Source: a virus
DNA: 64,000 nt
Virus record (IMG/VR): IMGVR_UViG_3300042892_003562
Span: 9,926-73,925 of that record
Strand: one strand, 5' to 3'
Shown here: positions 20,301-29,300 of the stretch, in pieces
Layout of the letters: each line of letters starts with the position of its first letter
Position numbering within the stretch: the first letter of the stretch is position 1
Notes under the pieces: model-generated
Databases searched by the model: none
The model's input: only the letters and a program-made list of their open reading frames with translations
What the model was told of the DNA's origin: nothing
Position numbers and translations under genes: made by a program

Positions 20301-23300
20301 AGGGTGGCGTTGGACAAGTCGCTTGATTTCAATAGGTTGTCTCCGAAAAGGAAGCGGTCCAGAAGCTTCTTCATGTTCGGATTGGTCATGGCCTGAGCGA
20401 CCAGCATCGCGTCGGTGATGATGTTCTGCTGTCCTTTAAGACCCGAGAGATCAGTCTTCCCGTCGAAAGAAGCTGACTGAAGTGTATCGGTCGACTCGAC
20501 AAATCCTTTCTCACCCATCCGGTCAAACAAGTCATCCCTATCAAAAGCACGGACGGTCGAAAGGGTCCCGTTTTTCATCAATCCTTCTGAACGAGACAGA
20601 GCTCCAAGATTCTCCATCGTGGCGAAGTGCTCACGGAGGAGACCAGACAGGATTTCAACTTCCGTTTCCTTGGCCGCTTCGTCCATCGCCGCCAGTTTTT
20701 CGGGGTTCTGTTCAAGCAGCGACATCGAATAGTCACCGAGCATTTTGCTCACTGCATCCGTATTGCCCTTGTGAGCCCTCATGAAGCGCTCGATGTGGGT
20801 TATGGGACTGAGTGCCACACGAATCCTTTCAGCGGCTTCCTGAAGCACGGGGGCGACCAATGCAGCCGACTCTGACTGTGTCCCCCACCACGCAAGCGCC
20901 TGAGACACCATCGCCTCGTTGTCGGCGGAGTTGGAACCCTCGGCGGCGTAAAGCACCGGAGGGTTGCCGTCGACACCGGGAAGGAACCGTGAACCAAAGT
21001 AGGCTTGGTTCTTGTCGATTTCGCTCTTGCTCGCCCGGTAGACCAAGACACCCGGAATGTTCTGTGTGAGAAGATTGACGGCCTTGTTGGCGGAGACGAA
21101 GCCCGTTTCATTGTATTGGGCGAAGACGTTGCCCCGATGGAGGTTGATGGCCTTGTTGCCACGGCTCTCCGACTGGAGCATGAGCGCGATCTTGTTCGAC
21201 TCCTCCTGTGAGGCGAAGCCATTGCCCTTGCGCGGAGCGAACAAATCACCCATCCCGAGCTCTGCCATCTTGGACGCTGTCGCGGCGAAACTCGTCTTGA
21301 TTGATTCGGAGTCCTTGGCGAAAACAGCCCCCTGCGCGGACTCGTTGTCGTTCGTCGCGGACAACGCATATCCCACCACCGTCCGGATGGCCGTCAACAA
21401 CTCCTTGTTCGAATCGTTGCCATTGCCGTTCGCCTCCACCACGCGGGCTTGGTCGATGATCTCCATCTCGCTCTTGGCCTTGAACTCGATCAACGACTCC
21501 ATCAATTCAAACGGGTTGATCTCAGTGGCAACGCTTTTCCGTGTGTCCGATGGCACAACCCCCATGCGGGTGACCGTCCGTGTTTTGGTGACGGTGCGCG
21601 TGGTGGCTGCGCCGGGAGCGTTCTGGGCGTTGATCCGCGCAGTTTCCTTCTCCCACTTTGCCAGCGCCTCTTGATGGATGGCGTCTCCGAACATATCGAA
21701 ACTACCCTGAACCGGCTTGATTGGAAGAACCTCTTTCGGAATCACCTCATCATCCTCATAGCTTTCCTCCTGCTGGATTTCCTCGACTCCACGGCTGGAA
21801 GCGTAGTTGTGATACATTTCGACCAACGGAGACAGTTCGCTTTCCTTGGTGACGCCGAATAAGCCACGAATAGCCTTCCGGATGAAAGCATCATAACCTC
21901 TCGGATCGTCCTCCAGTGCGACAAGATCGCGGAGGAACTGACGGGGAGCGTCGGCAGCCGACTCGTTCGAAGAAAGAAGTCCGCCATCCAAGTTTAGCCC
22001 GACTAAAAGGGCGGCTTCAGTCAGACGCTTATTCTGAAGCTGGCGCTGAAGGTCGGTGGTCACCTGTGCTCTCTGTGCTTTTGACCGCCTTGAGTCCTCG
22101 CTGGCGCGTCCATCACGGGTCTCCTGCACCGTGCTGCCCTGCGTCCCCATCTGGGAAGCGAGAGGGAAGTTGCCGGAGTTGTCCTTGTCGGCGATGGCGT
22201 AGGCGATGGCCTCGCTCGGGTCCATGTCGACGTGGATCTGCTTGCGGACCACGAGCATCTCGCCGTTGGAATCGAGCTGGACCTTTGGTTGTCTCACTGG
22301 AACCAAGCGTCGCGTCTCAACCCCGTTGACGGCTTCCGTTCTGTAAGTGACTGCCACCGGCATCCCGGCTTGGTAATCTGGATGAGACGACGAAACCAGC
22401 TCGGTGAACTCCTGACCGTTCTTCCCAACCGACCTCTTCTCAAACATCTCCTCAAACACCACGTCCCCCTTGGAGTCCCGTTCAAACACAGGGACGTCAG
22501 ACCAAACCCAGTTCGGACCGCCCACCACCAACTCACCGTCCTCTTTCGAGAACGAGATACGGCGGAACTTCTCGTAAAGGTCGATGCCGAAAGTGGCGCT
22601 GATCGCTGAAGTCCTGCTCTTGGCGAAGTAGTTGATGTTCCACAATCCGTTGTGAAGCGTCGGGTAGTCGATGTGGCTCTTGCGTGCCTGCTCGAAGAAG
22701 TCGGAGTAGGCCACCATTCCGGCGTCACGGCTCGTCTGGGTGACCTCGCGGGTGACGTTCGGACGACTGCGGACAAACCGCTTCACCGCACCCCGCGCCC
22801 AACGGGCCTCGTTGCGAAGTGACCGGACAGACGCATCCAGCACCTGATGGCTCTGAGAGTTGTAAATCGCGCTGATGGATTCAGCGAGCGCCTTGCCAGA
22901 CAAGCCGGAGCTGACGACGTCGAAGTGAAGCTTGAGGAACCGTGCTTCCTGCTCGTTGATCAGTTGGAGGGCCTCTGTCGCACGCTGATGAATCCGTGAC
23001 GACAGTCGTCCGGCCAAAGTCTGCATTCCTCCGATATTCCCAAGGATCTTCTTGGGGTCGGTGGACTCCTGAAGCTTGGTCGCCCAGTTGCGGAGCTTCT
23101 GGAAATAATCCGCAAAGGTCTCTTCATCATACTCCGTGGTTGAGGAAATGGTAGCTTGATTGACTCGGGCGGTCTCCCCGGAATCGTGTTTGATCATCTC
23201 CGGAATACCGGCGCTGTCAAAAAACGCCTGACGCGTCATGCTCTTCAAGCGGGTCTTGCCGTTGAGGAAGTCAATGAAGTATTTCCCATAAGGGATGTTC

Positions 23301-26300
23301 GGAAGGATGGACTCCAGCTCCTCGTAGGTGGTGGCGTTGAACTCGTCGTTCTCGATGGGTGGAGTGTTGAATCCAAAGCTTCCCTCGTAGCGTTGAGCCA
23401 GCTCCTCGTTGACTCCGATCTCGGTCAACATCTTTTGCCACTGCATCTGGTAATTCGTCCCGATTGCGGCCATGTTGCTGGCGACGTGGCGATTGAGGAG
23501 GACGTCTTTGGCCGTGGCATTGCGCTCCAGCGTGAACACCTTGCTCTTGTCATAGGGCTTCTCGACCATCGACATGCCGTCGGAGGAAGGAACCATCTCC
23601 GGAATGAACGGGACGCCGGGGCGGTCGACATGGTAACGGAGACGGTCCGCTCCGTCCTTGTTCAACACTTGGAAGATCGCGGGATAGTAGTTGACCCCGT
23701 AGGATGATTCGGAATCGGAAGTCGGCATGATGTCGTCAAGACCCTGTTCCGGGTCAAAGAACAACGGGCGACCGTCCATCTTCGCCTTCACGTAGGCCTC
23801 CATCTCCTCGGCGTCTCTGGCGTCGAACTTGGCGTAGACCAAGCTCTGGAACCGAAGACCGAAGTTGGTGCTGTCCAAGGACTCGGAACCAAGGACCAAG
23901 TCCACCACCCGGCGGTTGGTCTCGTTGTATTGGTCGAGCGCCTGCATGTAGGCGTTGAACTTGACCATCTCCTCCTCGGCGAAAGGCTTGTTGATCGCCG
24001 CCTCCGCCCGCAACCGGCGGGCCTTGAGTAGGGCCTGACTGCCGTCCGAACGGCTTTCACCCGACAAATACATTTCGATTTCCTTGGCCGTGTTTAGCTT
24101 GGCTAAAGACTCCTGCTGCTCATCCGTGAGGTTGGCGCGTCCAATCCGCTCTTGTTGTTCCTCGGTCATCACCGCCAGCTTGAACGCGGCGAGATCCTCC
24201 TGAAGATTCAGGCGCTTGGTGTTTTCGAGGTTGGTTGGCTTTGTGTTTGGGAAGAGGATGGATTGGATTGGAAGCAAGGCGTTGCTGCCAAGCAACAGGC
24301 TCTTCCCTTCCAATAACGCGTCGTCGTCCATTGCCATGTCGGCGGCGTGACGGCGCAAGCCGACGAGCCACGCTTCAGCCGTGGTGCGGGGAGACTCAAC
24401 CAAAGGACTCATTCCGGATAATACGTCCAGCCTGTGAACCAAGCGGGCATCATCCATTGCAACCTCGTATCCCAAAGCATTGGCCGCCTTCGTCGCCTTG
24501 ATGCTGTCTGAAACCTTGCCCAGATCAATATTCTCCAACGCCTGAAGCATGTCCACGTTGGCGTTGTGGAGGGTGATGCGGTCGGCGTTAAACATTGCGG
24601 CAAGCTCGTCCTCCTTCTGCTTGATGAAGCGCGAGCCGTTGTCCATCAACGGGGCCGACGCCACGAGCTGGGACCACACCTTGAGCTTGTCCGGTTCCGA
24701 GCCCTCCTCCAACACCGACAGGAAGTTGGGGGTGTTGGCCCGAGCCCATTCCAGCTGCTGCCACGCGTAACCCAAGTCCCGTTGAACCAAGGACAACGCA
24801 CCCTCCTCGTTCAAATCACCCAGAGCCTTGTCCAGATCGTTAAGGTCGGTGCCGGGGTAGTAGCGACCGATCATCCCGCGAACGTCCAAACCGTCCTTGT
24901 CTTCAGACGTCCGGAGACGGATGGCTCCCTGCTTGTAGTCCAACACGATCATGTCGTCCAAAGACATCCCGAGCTTCCCGGCAATGTCACGGATCTCCAC
25001 CATCACCTCGTTGTGCTTCATCGCCACCGAGCCGATGGCCTTCTTGGTCATCTCCCTCGACCGCTGGAATCGCTCCACCGCCTCCTCCAGCCCCTTCTCC
25101 TTGATCTGGTCGACGTCGCCGCGCAGGTTGGTCTTCACGTAGGCCGTCTCCTGCTGGCGGATCATCCGGTTCAGCGAGGTTGGAAGCTGGCCCATCATGT
25201 AACGGAGGTGGGCCATCCGCTTGATCTTCTGCATATAGCGCTTGAGAAGCTCCACCACGGTCTTCCACGGGTTGCTGGTCTCCTTGTTCGAGAAGTCCTC
25301 GTTGAGGGCGATGAGCAGGCGCTTGGAGTCGGTGGTTTGTTGTTCGGTGCTGACGCCGCTGGTGAGGATCTGGTTGAGAGCGCGGAGGGTTTCCGAGGCG
25401 ACCAAATACTTGTCCGCGTCGTCGAAGTCCTCGATCTTCTTGCCCTTCACCCGTTGGGCGGCAACCCGTTGGAACACGTCGTTGACGAAGCGTTGCCTGA
25501 CGTTGCCGCCCTTGTCCAAGTCTTCGGACAGCTCCACGAAGTCGGAGAACGAATTGATGATCTCCTCGTCGGTGAATTCACTCATCGCCACGAAGTGGGT
25601 TTGCTCCTCGTCCACGAACGCCGCGATCTGACGGGCGACTTCGTTGGAGACGAAGGAATCGTAAAGCTCTCCTCGGGTGGCGTCGTAGCCCTTGAAGATG
25701 CTGCGGAGGTTGGCGACGAACGCGTCCTTGTCCAAGTTGATCTTGAGTTGTGACGTTACCGTTTCCTTGGCTTTCTGTGTTCTTGTTGGCGCAACATATC
25801 CATCCACTGGAACTCTTCTTCCGCTCAGCTGAACGTAGTGGGCAACAAGCGTCCTGACCTTCTCTTTTACCTGTGTGCCATCAGGATTCTTTTTGGCGAC
25901 ACGTATCCCGGTTTCCGGATCAGCATCTTCATACACTGTCCGACTTACCACCTTTTTGATCATGTCGATCAACAGATCACCGTTCGCGTCACGCTTGAGG
26001 TTGTCATCGAGCTGGGCTTCGTCAAAAGACGTCCCGTTCGATGTCTCGCGGGTGACGTTGAAGAAAAACCCCTTCTCCATTTTGGCGTCCCAGTTGATCG
26101 CCGCCGGGTTGCTGCCGGGAGCCACCACCTGAAGCACGTTCTCGATCATCTTGCGGAAAGCCGCAGGATCAATCGGTCCCTTCCCAAGAAGGTCCTTCAG
26201 CATCGGCTCGATGGCCTTGCCAGCTTCCGTGAGGCGGTTGCGGTTCCAGTTGGAGTTGAGCTTGCCGAGAAGGACCGTGTCGTTCTTCCGCATCGCGTCG

Positions 26301-29300
26301 CCAATCACCTTCACGTCGATCTGGCGGAAGTAGTAGACGCCGTCGGCTTCTTCAGTGAGGACAAGAACGTGGTCAGGATCGCCTGCAATCTCAACCACCG
26401 CGTTCACCCCGATGGGGAGCGTCTTGCCCTTGGCAGGCTTGTAGTAAATCTGGCTCTTGTCGTCCTTCGACCACACCCCGCCAAACTCGTCCTCCACGTC
26501 CATTGTTGACAAGTCGACGTAGAACTTCGGCGTGGACGGATCGAGGAACAACGGGTCCTCCTCACCGGGCTTGTCGTTGGCCGTGTCTGGCTGGGCGTCA
26601 AGGACGTTGGTTGGCTTCTCTTTGAACTTGCGAACCGCCTTGCGGACGTCGGCTGCATTCTTGATCTCGGACTCGGAGATCAACAGGACACGCTGGTTCG
26701 CGGGAATTCCGTACTCCTCGCGGGCGGACGTCTCGTCATCCCCGACAACCACCGCCACGCCATCGTCCCACAGCTCCTGAAGCGCCTCGTCCACCATCGC
26801 CGCCTTCTGGTGAGGCTTGCGTCCAAGGACGTCCCTGACGGCGGCTGGAGCTTCCGGAGTTGTTTCTTCGGAAGCTCCTTCGGTCAGCACATCCCCTTCG
26901 TTTTCGGCTTGGGCTTCGTCGTCGGTTTCGGTTTGGTCTTCATCGGGTGGTGTTGGTTTCTTGGTTTCTGCCGCCGGAGTGGCGGAGGGAGCTTCTTTAG
27001 CCGGGCTAAAATCGTCCAACTTTTCAGCTGGCCCAAAAATACCTTCGTAATACTGATTGGCTTGATCCAAAGGATCGGAGCTCATCTCAATCGACTCCTC
27101 AAAAGCGTTTTCTGGATTATCAAGAGGCACATGAATGATGATAACTTCATCTACTTCGATCCCACTGACCTTGAGCGCTTCCACGTAGGCCTTCATTTGA
27201 ACCTTGTGAGACATTGCCTTTGAAGCACGCTTCCGGAAAGGAGCCTTCTTCTCCGTATAGCCATTGTTGTAATTCTGATAAGAGGCTTCTTCGCTGGCGG
27301 TCTTGGTATCCACCAGAATCCACTTGCCGTTGGCCTTCGGGATCAGACCATCCACCATCCCTGCGTATTTTTTTGTCGCAAACGCACCTTCAGTGACAAC
27401 TGGCCCGGACGCTCTCTTTTTCAAACCTTTGATAATCTCCTTAACCTTGTCACCAAGTCCGGTGGGCTCGCCCTTAAATTCTTTCTCTACCTCTGCGTGG
27501 AAGGCTGTCCCTTCTTCAGCAGCGAGAGCTCCCGCCGCAGTTGACTTCCGTTGGAAGTGGGGATGCTTCTTCATCAAGGTGGTGACGGACGGCTTCACGT
27601 CCCCGTCCGCCTCGTAAATATGGTTCTCCTCATCGAAGGAAATTCTCTCAGGCTTGAACGCTGAGTCGAAGTCTTCGTTGCCCGTAGGGGTTCTTTTGAC
27701 TAGCCCTTTGACAGGTGCCAAAGGCTCTGGGCCTGATGTCGGGACAACTTTGCTAGGACCTGAAGCTTCGCTATCGACGACTCTTTCGGGGCTTGGAGGA
27801 TCTCCCACACCTTCTTTGCCGGGAGTGGGGACTTTTGGATTAGCTCCTGAATCTGTTCTGCTTTGGATCGGTCTTGCATAGTTGGTGGTTTGAGAAGAAT
27901 CGAAATTGCCGAAGCTCTTGAGCATCCCCTTGCGGATTTTCGCCTCGGAACCGAGAGCCTTCATCGGGCTGATCGGGTCAGCCGCCTTGAGTTGTGCCGT
28001 CGCCTCGGATGGAGACAACACCTTGGTCTCGCCCTTGGAGTTGGTCAGCACCGCGCCCATCGACGTCTCTCCCTTGACCGCGACGCTCTTCATCGTGAAC
28101 GTCTCTCCGCCAACCGTGAAGTTGTGCGTGAGGTCGCGCTTCGGATCGCGCATCTCCGGGTTCCACTCCATGTCGTTTCCGTCCTTGTCCTTCGGTGCCG
28201 GACCCAAATGGTCGGTCATTTCCTGAGCATGGACGGTCTTGGGGTCAGGAGGGGTGTTCCTTGCCTTCTCCTGCGCCTTCTGGGCGCGTTCAACGGGAGT
28301 CGTGGCACTTGGCTCCAGACGGCGGGCAAAGCCGCTCACGGCGTGCTGTGAGAGCACCTTGGCCCGCTTCTCCACCGGGATGGATTCATCGGCCATGTAG
28401 TTGGCCACCGAAACCACCGGAGCTCCGGACGCCGCCTTGATCCCCAGCATCTCCGCAGACGCATCACTGTTGTTTTCCTTGATGTCCTTCCAGATCACCT
28501 CGGCAAACTCCTTGATCTCACGGACGCGGGTGTCCCGGTTCTTCTTGCGGAAGGCTCCAGCCGTCTCAACGACCATCCCTCCACTCTCACCCAACCCGCC
28601 ACCGAACGCACCCATCACGCCCGCCGCCATATACTCACTGAACTTGTCACCGATGTTGTCCCAAACCTCGCCCTTCCACGTCTTGGAATCGTCGAGCACG
28701 GCGAGGAACACGTCGGACAGCGCGGTGTCGAAGGTTTCCTCCATGAACTCGGCACCCATTCCAACCGCAGGGCCGTAGCCTTTCAGACCGTTGGCGCGGG
28801 CGGCGCGGTTGATGGTCTCGCGCAGCGCGGGTGCCAGCGCCTTGCGTAGCTCGGAACCTTCCGCCGCCAATCCCTCAAGGGTCTCGATAGCCGCCTTCTG
28901 AGCGTCTTGAGAAACAGCGCTCTTCATCGCCTTGTTGAACTTGAGATGCTTGAAAATTGACCCGCTGAGCCCGCCCTCGACACCGCTCATGCCTTTTTCA
29001 AGACCCGGAGCAATCCGGTTGAACGCGGCGGTCGCGATGAACGCGGCGGCTCCGTCTGCCAATCCCTTCATTCCCGCCTGATGATACGCCTCCTCGGCGT
29101 CACCGGTCTTGTCAAAAACCTGATTGTAGGTGGAGCCGAAGGACATCCCTCCGGCCTGCAACGCGCCGATGTAGGCGGAAGGGTCCTTGATCGCCTTGAT
29201 ACCGAAATTCTTCAGCGTGTTCGGAGCAAGCTCGGTCATCGCCTGCTTCATCGCCTTCTCGGAAATCGTGATCTGCCTGCCCATCGCTGTGGCGGCTCCT

